This document shows positions 38,926 through 49,286 of a stretch of 64,000 bases of DNA, in pieces. The DNA comes from Haliotis cracherodii (taxonomy: Eukaryota). A program made the position numbers and the translations under genes. The notes under the pieces are model-generated. The model had not been told where the DNA came from. It saw nothing but the letters and a program-made list of their open reading frames with translations, and made no database searches. How positions within the stretch are numbered: position 1 is the stretch's first letter; every line of letters starts with the position of its first letter. The stretch covers positions 57,598,001 to 57,662,000 of the forward strand of contig NW_027266308.1 in the NCBI RefSeq assembly GCF_022045235.1, in the 5' to 3' direction.

Positions 38926-40338
38926 TTTCAACACTTGCTTCAAGGAAAGATTCGCAAATATTCACTGAGCAAAACTGGAGCGTGTTGACATTACCGAATC
39001 AATGTCGGAGTGATTGTCGATGACGTCATGTCATTGTGACGTCACGTAATTGTGACGTCATAGTACCACGGGAGGTAACTGGATTCATTATAGACACCCG
39101 TACCGCTAAATCAAACCATTTGTAAGGTCAAACCCTAGCAGTTCCTTCATACTATGGGCAGTGTTTTTTTAGGATTACTGAATACATGTTCCTGTGTTAA
39201 AGACATGGAAACTGTTTCACTTAAAATGAGAACAACAGAACATGAGATATCGCCTGTATCTTGGACATAATGAAGCAGGTGGCATTGTGGAGTTACTAGC
39301 GATCGCTGTTGTTCTCTTCTGTCTGGCACACCTACTTCTCATGCATGTTATATGGTCATTAAAATCTTCAGTGTCAGTGGGATATTGTGTATATGCCATA
39401 GTTTATTCAACACGACATGTCCAAATAGCGGGAGGATTTTATGACCGCAACGCCAGGTGTCACCGGTTTCAATTTACAATGATTGTCGAGTGACGCTTTT
39501 TTTTGTGAATTCATGCTTCCAATTTGATCGGAATAGGCCTTTTTCTTGTGGTTGGTTGACAAGCATTGACAAGCATTGACACGTCAAGTCAAAGTCTCCT
39601 CTTCGATATCCCACATGTGTACAATGTGTGGAACCCATTCTGGGTTTTCTCTGTCGTTATTTCAGTTGGAATATTGCCGAAAGCGGCGTAAAACCCTACT
39701 CATTCACTGTTTCGTTCATGTGACATGGACGAAATGAACAGTTTACCTATAGTGTTCGTCTTCGTGTAGCGACTATCAAGTTTATGTTATTTGTCTTCGT
39801 CCAATTCCGCATCTTCTACAAAGACATTCAGGTACTTACTATATATGGCACCATCCCACCTACAGCATATCTTTCCTCTTTTTAGAAGCAGCTATACGAC
39901 CACACTAACAATCGTTTATGTTACACACATAGGTACAGAAATACTTTTTCTATTGCATGCAGATAAGACGCCAGTCTCTGAACAAGACACAGTTTAATAG
40001 TGGACGGAATCTCCACACACGGCTATCTGACTGTGTGCATGCCAAGGAAGACAGACAACAAACCACCTCACGTTTCATTCATTCCATTTAATGTCTGCAT
40101 ATACCAAACTGGCAATATCAGACTTCGGTTGTTAGAATGATGAAATAGTAATGCTTTAGAGAAATTTCAAATTACAAATAAAACAGGATTTACAGAAGTT
40201 GTATAATGTTTTCCATGTAATGAATTACAACATCATGATTTACAGGGATGTATCACGTCAGACAATATGTACAATTTCAAACAAATCAAATTAAATATAC
40301 AGAAATTCCAATAGGTTTTACAATACATGTGGATGTTT

Positions 40339-41595
40339 TCACACAGGGAGAACCTGGTTCTTGCTACTGGCGATGTTTCTGATACACTGCACAACACGAC
40401 CAAAGACAGAGTTGTGGCCAGGTGTGTCTTTGACATGTGATTTGTCAGCAGAAACGTCTGTGGGTTTCACCTTGTTTTTGAATGTGATAGATGCCAGTCT
40501 AGTACGGACACTGGTGATGAAACGCCTGAGCTTCCCGGCTTTTGGGGGCAGGGTCGGGGGCACAAGTTCTCCCTGATCGAAGATGGGTGGCGGGAGAAGT
40601 CGCAAAAGCCTGTAGTGAGCGGCGGCCGATGTGACGGCGTTGTGGATTTCGATGAGTGAGTTGCGCACGCTTGGGTGGCGATCATTGCTGAGGAAAAGTT
40701 TGGACATTTGTGTCCAGCCACAATCAACCTCTCTCTGTAACATCCACAGATGTCGCTTGCCTCTCTTGCTCTCAGTCACCTGTTATAAAGAAATAAACAC
40801 ACACATTGCACAGATCCATACACTAAATCGTGTTCGATGACATACATTAACTTAAACTAATATGAGGACGAATGACGTTCTAAAAACATATTTAGTAAAT
40901 TAAGTTTACTCCCCAGGTCCGTTTAGGGGCAAAGGAAATATCGGAATATGATGCTACACCATCCTAATCATGCAGGCCGTAGTCCTTACCTCATTTTCTT
41001 GGAGAATGGCAGTCCGGATCAGATGGAGCCAAAGGCGGATAGCGTCAAACTCATCTAGAAGTTCACTGGTGAACAGATGCTGCAGGTCTGGAAGTTGAAG
41101 TAAGTCTACAGTTTTAAATTACATCTCTTCACATTCAAACCCGCTGTCATACAGTCATACAGGAAGTTAGGACAAATCACAATAAAATTCAAATGCATTA
41201 CATTAATTTGGAGTAGGTTTGAAAATAAGATACTCGTTATATTTGGGTTTGCCTTCAAGCTAATCACATTCCTTTTTAACCTGTTCATTATGGAATCTGT
41301 TTCGGCAGATCCAGACTTATTATTCTTGGCGGTGGACGTTTTATACTTGTACGTTAAATAGTATCCATTGAGACAAACTTTACGCTAAAATCTTCTCCAT
41401 GAGGCATCAATTAAATATCTTCATGAGCGCTCACATGACTTTGGAGAAACGTTTGGAGAAGGGAGACGATAAATAACATTCCTTTTTTAAACATGAAATC
41501 ATTTTCTCGTTTTTAAAAATCACATTAACTGTAAAATGAAACTCACCTGGAGCTGTTCGTGCTCCTCGGAGCCAGTCGCGGCCACAAAACGTCAT
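40339..41595 (-). CDS. Orphan gene copy 11 (most divergent); exons 41595-41547, 41087-40990, 40779-40339
   Basis: Frame intact; exon-1 donor is the consensus CAG|GTGAGT, exon-2 donor GAG|GTAAGG. Confidence 0.8.
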
Positions 41596-41690
41596 TTTCA
41601 ACACTTGCTTCAAGGTAAGATTCGCAAAGAATCATTGAGCAAAACTGGAGCGTGTTGACATTACAGAATCAATGTCGGAGTGATTGTAGA

Positions 41691-41714
41691 TGACGTCATG
41701 TCATTGTGACGTCA
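41691..41714. promoter_or_regulatory. Double CRE between array copy 11 and APMAP
   Basis: TGACGTCA at 41691 and 41707. Confidence 0.65.
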
Positions 41715-42238
41715 TAGTACCACGGGAGGTAATTGGATTCATTAAATGTCATAGAAATAAACCGGTTCCATCAAAATACAATCGCTCTTTGCCTCCCTTC
41801 TTTTAACCGCCGTGATATTGCCGGAATATTGCTAAAAGCAGTGTAAAATCATACTCACTCACTCTTTTTTTATGCTAAATATATTTTGAAGCAGATAAAG
41901 TGCACCGATTTAATGAGCTGAGTTGCAGAAGTGGATCCTATCGTTCTTACCAGTAGATGAGATGTGTTGATTTTAGTAAAGTACAGATACAGAAGAAAAT
42001 ACTGATGGAATTCAACTCTTTAATAAAGAACCTTTACAATAGAGCTTTTGAGGTCTCTTGTTTAATTATGCAGACTGTATGGCATTTTAAGCTTGATAAT
42101 ACAATGCATTTCGTACATTTATTACAAATATAGATAAGAACCATATGGGTCAATGTCACACACGCAATACAAAAATAACGTTTAGCGGTATCTTTCATAT
42201 AAGTTGAGTTGTGTCCCTTTGAAAGTTTGCCGAGCAGC

Positions 42239-42339
42239 ATGGAATCCAACGTAAGACAGAGAAAGTTCGACTCTCACACAGATAAAGCAAGAGAATCCCC
42301 AGATGACGATGCGAAGCAAAATACAGTGGCGTCTCAAGG
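42239..42339 (+). CDS. APMAP: Adipocyte plasma membrane-associated protein (strictosidine-synthase-like beta-propeller), exon 1
   Basis: AGCATGG Kozak context; MESNVRQRKFDSHTDKARESPDDDAKQNTVASQ with the RQR motif of APMAP N-termini; phase 2 joins exon 2. Confidence 0.78.
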
Positions 42340-42489
42340 GTATTCTGATATTATTTTCCTCCAATCAGCCGGTAATGACAAAGCATGATAATACGAACAA
42401 ATGTATAACAACCAACGTAATCTTTACGGATGTTAAACAATTTTATGATTTGTCTGATCTGTTATTGTTATATACTATGTTATGGTTAT

Positions 42490-42901
42490 TAGGGCTGGGA
42501 CGAGTCCAAATTTAATACCCGTGTACCCATCCCCCTATTACCCGACCCAACCAGGGTACCCACTGTAGGTCTCAGAGGTGTCTCAAAATGTCCGATTGGG
42601 AGCATTTTTAGCATAGCCCTGGCAAAGCGTATTTATATACACGTATTAAACGATCTGGTCATTCATACAATGAAGTTGAATTAAGTTATATATTTAATCA
42701 ACCATATTATAAATCAGAAGGGTGCATGTTCAGAAAGAAATTCGAACATTAGCATGATTAGTGACTTGTAGTGTATATTATAGAGTTCTAGATAATTTGT
42801 TTCATTAAACAACATATCACGAGACTAACCACTGGTCCAGGTAGTCCTGTTGGTCCCCAGGTCCTACTCAGTACCTACCCGAGTTACGCGTCCCAGCCCT
42901 A
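42490..42901. mobile_element. hAT-type MITE
   Basis: TIR TAGGGCTGGGACG/CGTCCCAGCCCTA; 8-bp TSD ATGGTTAT/ATCGTTAT (7 of 8 match). Confidence 0.85.
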
Positions 42902-43512
42902 ATCGTTATGATCGTTTAGAATATAGTACAGACTTTTATCAAGCTTGTCTACCCTTGTCATGGCAGATGTATTTGAGGGAAATAGCTTTTCCTGGATAAG
43001 TTGTGACTGTATGAAGCTCATGCTTTCGTTGGTGGTTCATGTAATTGTACAGATTTTGTTCTTACATTTGATGTAATCATTTTGTTCTGTATTGAATCTC
43101 ATAGTTTCACTGTAAATGTTCTTGTTATGAATGTTTTTTAATTGTTCCCTTTGCTCTGTTGCCAAGATATTTGTCACATTATGTCAACAACATTACAGTT
43201 GAACTCACTCCTCACATTTGTGTCGCTATGGACCTAATGACTGAAATTTGGTTGGACAAATATTTGAACAATTGTCTTCTGATAAGGTGCATGTCTTCCA
43301 CCACAGGGCCATATGTAACTTATATATCAGACGCGATATGCCGATATATGGTCTATGCTTATATTCTATACCAACAAGTTTGTTAGTGTAGAATGTTTGT
43401 TCCATGTTCCTGAATTTAGACACAACTACCATTTTTATGTACACACTTGTTTCATGTAATTACACATTCATATTTTTATGAGTATACTGTCAACAATAAT
43501 AATACCCCAGAC

Positions 43513-43933
43513 TAGGGCTGGGACGGGTAACTCGGGTACTCGGGTCGGGTGGGTACTGACTAGGACCCGGGTACCCACAGCACTACCCGGACCCGTGGTT
43601 ACTCAGGTGATTATATAGTTTAATGACAAAAAATATCTAGAACTCTATGGTTACACTATAAGTGACAAATGTTCACATTTCTTTCCGACTATGCACACAT
43701 TCCTTCTGACTTTATATGTTTGCATAAAGATAAAACTTCAGTCAACTTCAGTGTATGCATGGCCAGATCATTTTATACCTGTATCTAAATACATTTTGAC
43801 AGGGATACGGTCAAATGTTTCCCAATCGGACATTTTGTACCTATCTCTTGAGACCTACAGCGGGTACCCGGGTGGGGTCGGGGAAAAGGGGGGTGGGTAC
43901 CCGGGTAGTAAATTTGGACTCGTCCCAGCCCTA
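43513..43933. mobile_element. hAT-type MITE, same family, opposite orientation
   Basis: Same TIRs; perfect 8-bp TSD CCCCAGAC at 43505 and 43934. Confidence 0.9.
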
Positions 43934-44144
43934 CCCCAGACCACTACTGATGAGTAAGTTGGATGCATGACTCCAACCATAGAGACATATTTTCCCTAAC
44001 TTTAAGTTAAGAAAGATTGTTAGAAACTATCCCCAGATCTCACCCTTAAGACATCGTACAATAAACTCAAACTTAGAGTTGATATAATGATCATAAGCAT
44101 GTTTTCTGGAAGATGTTTGATGTCGGTGTTTGTATCTCACAAAG

Positions 44145-44243
44145 ATGGGGGGCTTTTGGTGCTGCATTCATCCTGGCAAGTGTTACATGTGCCGTGCTCA
44201 TCCTGGTGATCCTGCCATCACCGATACAACCGCTGCCATACAG
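44145..44243 (+). CDS. APMAP: APMAP exon 2 (transmembrane anchor)
   Basis: WGAFGAAFILASVTCAVLILVILPSPIQPLPY; AAG acceptor, AG|GTAAAC donor. Confidence 0.85.
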
Positions 44244-44310
44244 GTAAACAGTTCATATCTATTGCAAGATGTAGATGATAGCTGGTGACATATGATACAT
44301 ACTATGTACC

Positions 44311-44421
44311 TGGGTCCCATTCCACAAAGTGATCGTAGCGCTACGATTGTCGTAAGTCTATGTTAAAGTATGGGAGTTACGATTGTCTTAGTGCTACAAT
44401 TGCTTTGTGGAACAGGGCCCA
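44311..44421. mobile_element. Short palindromic MITE; related inverted copy at about 49690-49800
   Basis: TGGGTCCCATTCCACAAAG...CTTTGTGGAACAGGGCCCA imperfect inverted repeat. Confidence 0.65.
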
Positions 44422-44524
44422 GAATAGGCATAGATTCCTTGGGTCAGAATAGGTCCCCGCTACCTCATGCTTGTCATAAAAAAATGGGGATCGATGGTCA
44501 GGTTCTGTCACTATGTTGAATGTG

Positions 44525-45118
44525 TGCTTGTTTTTTGGGTTTTTTAACGTCGCACTCAGCAATATTCCAGCTATATGACGTCAGTCTGTAAACGATCGAA
44601 TCTGGACCAGACAATCTAGCGATTGACATCATGAGTATCGATCTACGCATACGGATACAATGACATGCATCAACCAAGTCAGCGAGCTTGACCAATCGAT
44701 CCCGTCAATCACTTCTTACGACAAGCATAGTCACCTTTTACGGCAAACATGGGTTGTTGAAGACCTATTCTACCCCGAATCTTCTCAGGTCGGTACCCGT
44801 TTGATGTTTGACGATGAAAATGCTATCAACCTATGGTGTGACTGGCCCAGATTCAATGCATACAATAGACCCATGAAGATCCGGGGTAGGATAGGTCTTC
44901 AGCAACCCATGCTTGCCGTAAAAGGCGACTATGCTTGTCGTAAAAGGCGACTAACGGGTTTGGGTGGTCAGGCTCGCTGACTCTGTTGATGCATGTCATC
45001 AATGTTCATGATGTAAATCACTGGATTGTCTGGCCCAGGCTCGATTATTTACAGACCCACATCATAAAGCTGGAATATTGCTGAGTGCGGCGTTAAACAA
45101 CAAACCAAACCAAAACCA
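44525..45118. mobile_element. Two family-C SINE-like repeats, head-to-head (about 44525-44790 minus; 44868-45118 plus)
   Basis: Full-length copies ending in GCTGGAATATTGCTGAGTGCG..GTTAAA(CAA)n. Confidence 0.75.
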
Positions 45119-45266
45119 AAAAAGCATGCAATATAAATGAATGTGACAACAGGTTACCATCAATAATAGCCATGTAGTAAGTCCAGATGGACAAACATGA
45201 GTAGTGGACTGATGGGCTGAATGTCAGTAACTGACCCCGTAACTCTCACTCCTTGTTTGCCCTCAG

Positions 45267-45382
45267 TCTTCCACCTCGCCCCACCCTGACAGGTGCCCTG
45301 ACCCCCAATAACAGGCTGACAGAGGCGGAGCATCTGTTTGAGGACAACATTGAGGGACCCGAGTCACTGGTGTTTGATGGAG
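45267..45382 (+). CDS. APMAP: APMAP exon 3
   Basis: LPPRPTLTGALTPNNRLTEAEHLFEDNIEGPESLVFDG; phase 2/1. Confidence 0.92.
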
Positions 45383-45425
45383 GTAATGGCCCAGCGAGGA
45401 CAATTGTTGTCAAGATATATGATGT

Positions 45426-45971
45426 CAGGCCTCAAAGTTGCGACTAAAATGGTCGCCAATTCAATTTGTCTACTGTCTACTGTCTACTGTCTAAAATTCA
45501 GAGCTAGCCATAAGACTACCTTGAAAAATATCTTGTGGCAACTAAATTCTATTGCTTCACACTTGAATACACAAAAATTAATAACAGCTGATTGTGGAAA
45601 ACATGTCTGCTAATAATAGTACTTACGTATAATACCTCCTATAGTCGACAATGAACAGAAATAGATAAATATTAATGTAAGTAGTATTTTATTTCAGTTG
45701 ATAGAGCTTATTGAATAAGCAAAGTATACCTAAATAATCAAGTAACATAAATTGCATCATTGTTTGAGTCACAAATAACAAGAATCAAGTACAGTTTCCA
45801 ATGATATACAATTCCAACACTAGTGCTATTATAATAGTTATTTGATAAAAGATAATTTCAAATGCTTTTGGCTATCTACAATAATTCTTCTTGATTTTAC
45901 CAGTGGCTACCTGGAAAAAAAATACTTGTAGCCATACAGCTACTTGGTGAAAATTTATACTTTGAGGCCTG
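45426..45971. mobile_element. MITE-like element with 13-bp TIR
   Basis: CAGGCCTCAAAGT...ACTTTGAGGCCTG; AT-rich interior; no clear TSD. Confidence 0.6.
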
Positions 45972-46068
45972 GACACTTAATATTATTACTAACCAGAAGG
46001 GATTTAATTCATACATGAAGTTTGGAAAGAGGCCAACTACAATTAGAAAACAATAACATAAGAATTTT

Positions 46069-46230
46069 GGGGCGGTCGGGGAGCCTAGTCGCTAGAGCGT
46101 TCGCTCATGATGCCGAAGACCCGGGTTCGATTCCCGACATGGGTACAATGTATGAAGCCCATTTCTGGTGTCCCCAACCATGATATTGCTCGAATATTGC
46201 TAAAAGTGGCGTAAAACCATACTCACTAAC
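46069..46230 (+). mobile_element. tRNA-derived SINE, family A
   Basis: A box, GGTTCGATTCC B box; TSD-like AACATAAGAATTT/AACATGAGAATTT. Confidence 0.82.
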
Positions 46231-46393
46231 TAACATGAGAATTTAGAATATGAATATTGGACATATTAGACACTTTTGTTGATACATATCTTCCCTAGGT
46301 AGCTGAAGATCTGGGTTCTACCATAGGTACATGTAAACACCATGAGGACAGAGGAAGGATTGTGATATATGTATGTTATGTTCTACCCCGTAG

Positions 46394-46486
46394 ATCACCT
46401 GTACACTGGGACCATGGATGGAACGATCCTTGACATATACAAGGGGCAAAAGAGGGTGCTAGCCAGACTGGGCAGGGAGCCGTGTG
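46394..46486 (+). CDS. APMAP: APMAP exon 4
   Basis: DHLYTGTMDGTILDIYKGQKRVLARLGREPC; 93 nt, phase 1/1, G|GTAAGT donor. Confidence 0.9.
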
Positions 46487-47217
46487 GTAAGTCTAGATGG
46501 ACGTGTACAAGGGGCAGGAGTAGGTGCTAGCCAGACTGGGCAGGGAGCCATGTGGTAAGTCTAGATGGACATGTACAAGGGGCAGGAGAGGGTGCTAGCC
46601 AGACTGGGCAGGGAGCCGTGTGGTAAGTCTAGATGGACGTGTACAAGGGGCAAAAGAGGGTGCTAGCCAGACTGGGCAGGGAGCCCTGTGGTAAGTCTAG
46701 ATGGACGTGTACAAGGGGCAGGAGTAGGTGCTAGCCAGACTTGGCAGGGAGGCCGTGTGGTAAGTCTAGATGGACGTGTACAAGGGGCAGGAGTAGGTGC
46801 TAGCCAGACTGGGCAGGGAGCCGTGTGGTAAGTCTAGATGGACGTGTACAAGGGGCAGGAGTAGGTGCTAGCCAGACTGGGCAGGGAGCCGTGTGGTAAG
46901 TCTAGATGGACGTGTACAAGGGGCAGGAGAGGGTGCAAGCCAGACTTGGCAGGGAGCCGTGTGGTAAGTCTAGATGGACGTGTACAAGGGGCAGGAGTAG
47001 GTGCTAGCCAGACTGGGCAGGGAGCCGTGTGGTAAGTCTAGATGGACGTGTACAAGGGGCAGGAGTAGGTGCTAGCCAGACTGGGCAGGGAGCCGTGTGG
47101 TAAGTCTAGATGGACGTGTACAAGGGGCAGGAGAAGGTGCTAGCCAGACTGGGCAGGGAGCCGTGTGGTAAGTCTAGATGGACGTGTACAAGGGGCAGGA
47201 GAGAGTGCTTGCCAGAC
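46432..47217. repeat. 68-bp minisatellite built from the 3' half of APMAP exon 4 plus its splice donor (about 11.5 units)
   Basis: Unit GTAAGTCTAGATGGACGTGTACAAGGGGCAGGAGTAGGTGCTAGCCAGACTGGGCAGGGAGCCGTGTG; GTG|GTAAGT recurs 11 times from 46487 to about 47168. Confidence 0.95.
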
Positions 47218-47289
47218 CGGATTGTATTTTTTGCCAAACCTATAAAACAAAATACAAACTGTCTGATGGATGTATGGATTTGATTGCAG

Positions 47290-47406
47290 GAGGTTATGCG
47301 AACGAGCCAACATGTGGACGACCTCTTGGCATGAGATTGAACAAAGATGGCTACCTTATTGTAGCAGACGCCTACCTTGGCCTTTTCCAGGTCAATGTAG
47401 CAACAG
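47290..47406 (+). CDS. APMAP: APMAP exon 5
   Basis: GYANEPTCGRPLGMRLNKDGYLIVADAYLGLFQVNVAT. Confidence 0.94.
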
Positions 47407-47594
47407 GTGAGAGAGCCAGTTACCAAGGAGACAATACATTATAAGATAAACCTCATCAAGATTCCATGTCAGAGCAGGTCCCTGACACCTAGGCTGGTTG
47501 TAACAGGCGACTGAATGGATTGGTATCCTCCCATTGGTTACACATCCCATTTGTCACACACCTCAAAACAACAAGGGTCATGGCTGAAGGCACT

Positions 47595-48101
47595 GACTGG
47601 TCTCAGCTAATAGCACCGGTAGTAGAAACGGGCTCTGTCCATCCCTCCGTCACGTTTTGTTTCCGGAGCATAACTCAGAAACCGTTCAATATTTTTTCAA
47701 GTCAAGTACATGCTGAACTGGTGCCTTTTGCTATTTAGAAATTTTATAAATTTTTATTTTTACGTTTCCATGGCAACAAGATGGACTTAGGTTCTGTGAG
47801 GGTAGGGTTCGTTTCCGGAGCATAACTCATAAACCGTTTAATATTTTTTCACGAAACTTTGCAGGTTTGTCAGATACATGCTGAATTGGGGCCTTGTGCT
47901 ACTTAGAAATTTTAGAAATTTTATTTTTTATGTTTCCATGGCAACAAGATGGACTCAGGTTCTAAACTCTTCCTTTTTTTACAATTTCCATGACAAGTTC
48001 CACCTCGGTTAAAAAAGGTTAGGGTTTGTTTAGATTTAATTATGTCATAAATTCTGCAACAGGGGCGGGGGATATAGCCACATTAGTGGCAAACTCTTGT
48101 T
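47595..48101 (+). mobile_element. Helentron/DINE-1-like non-autonomous element relic with an internal ~150-bp duplication
   Basis: Degenerate (GTCC)n block, repeated GTTTCCGGAGCATAACTC..AAACCGTT, terminal GGGGGATA followed by a GCCAC-N-GTGGC hairpin and CTTGTT. Confidence 0.5.
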
Positions 48102-48415
48102 AATTAATTGAATGTCTCTGAGGAGTCTTTGTTTACTCAAACCCTGCATAGAAGTCGGCAGCACCCAGGAACTGGAGTGGAGTCTTGAGTCCCTGGCAAA
48201 GCTGATCTTTCAATCTCTCCAGACTATTGATAGGGATAATCAGATATGTCTGTAAATATACACTTGACATGTTATGAGAATAAGTGTTGTGTATCATGGA
48301 AAGATAAAGATATCCTTATCAAAAGTGGAGTAATATACATATACACATCCATTAGTATGGATTTCTGGCATTTACGCAAGGAGCATGTGAGTCTGTTAGG
48401 TTTTAGACTCTCACA

Positions 48416-48573
48416 GGGCAGTCGGGTAGCCTAGTGGTTAAAGCGTTCGCTCGTCACGCCGAAGACCGGGGTTCTATTCCCGACATGGGTACAATGTGTG
48501 AAGCCCATTTCTGGTGTCCCCCGCCGTGATATTGCTGGAATATTGCTAAAAGCGGCGTAAAAACCATACTCAC
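48416..48573 (+). mobile_element. tRNA-derived SINE, family A (young)
   Basis: TAGCCTAGTGG A box, B box, and a perfect 12-bp TSD TAGACTCTCACA. Confidence 0.88.
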
Positions 48574-49086
48574 TAGACTCTCACATCTAGTCCTCCCCTT
48601 CACTATCGGCCCTACTCTACTCTCTCTAGGTGAAATCATGCTACAATTAATAGCTTCTAATAGTTTATGTCTTTGTCACATTCTCAATCTGAACGACATA
48701 TTTTTCCATGGTCAGATAGAAAAGACCAGAATTTAATGCCCCACCTGTTTTAAGACTCATGTCAACACAACAACAGTTTTGCTGTTGACCCCGACAGACA
48801 AATTTACCCCTGAAGTAAACATGGTGTATATATGACAGTAAACACAGCTGCTTTATTGTTCGGGTGAAGCCCACTAGCTGGGGTATGGTGCTGACAGACC
48901 GAAAAATCATTATCCAAATGAATCTTAGATTTGAACCAACGATCATAGGATTCTGGAATGCCTAAGGGAGGTAACACTACACAGTGAATTGTTGCCCCAC
49001 CCATGCCCCCTTTGACACAAGGGACAGTACTGTGCAGTGACCTTGTCTGGAGAAGGTAAACAATTAACACACTTACTCTACTTCAG

Positions 49087-49258
49087 GCGATGTTCATCAG
49101 ATCTACTCTTCACAAGACCCTATCAATGGTCAGAAGCCGCAGTTTCTGAATGACCTTGACGTTGCAAGTGATGGAACTATTTACTTCAGTGACTCCAGCA
49201 CAAGGTGGGGGAGAAGAGAGAACAGATACTGTATCATGGAGGCTGAGGAAACAGGAAG
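49087..49258 (+). CDS. APMAP: APMAP exon 6
   Basis: DVHQIYSSQDPINGQKPQFLNDLDVASDGTIYFSDSSTRWGRRENRYCIMEAEETG. Confidence 0.94.
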
Positions 49259-49286
49259 GTTGGTCTGAGTGGGATACAGAGTTATT

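Larger units (their letters stand above)
13104..41746. repeat. Tandem gene array: 11 gene copies and 10 spacers, unit about 2.7 kb
   Basis: Periods between successive stop codons are 2657, 2700, 2703, 2704, 2635, 2704, 2698, 2685, 2685 and 2687 bp. Homology begins at GCAGATAAGACGCC (13104) and ends at GGATTCATTAAA (41746). Confidence 0.97.

Noticed and set aside
13104-41746. Array as a Helitron/transposon concatemer, or a histone, rDNA or snRNA cluster
   Set aside because: I found no transposase or Rep/helicase motifs, TIRs, or hairpin-CTRR end, and no similarity to histones or structural RNAs.
46497-47217. 68-bp units as tandem alternative APMAP exons
   Set aside because: Only 10 nt separate each donor from the next AG, there is no polypyrimidine tract, the 58-nt pieces shift frame, and many contain TAG.
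48416-48490. tRNA genes (also near 46070, 59300, 60250-60322, 61570 and 62570-62660)
   Set aside because: A/B boxes run into SINE bodies or are degenerate, several have TSDs, and none gives a clean cloverleaf.
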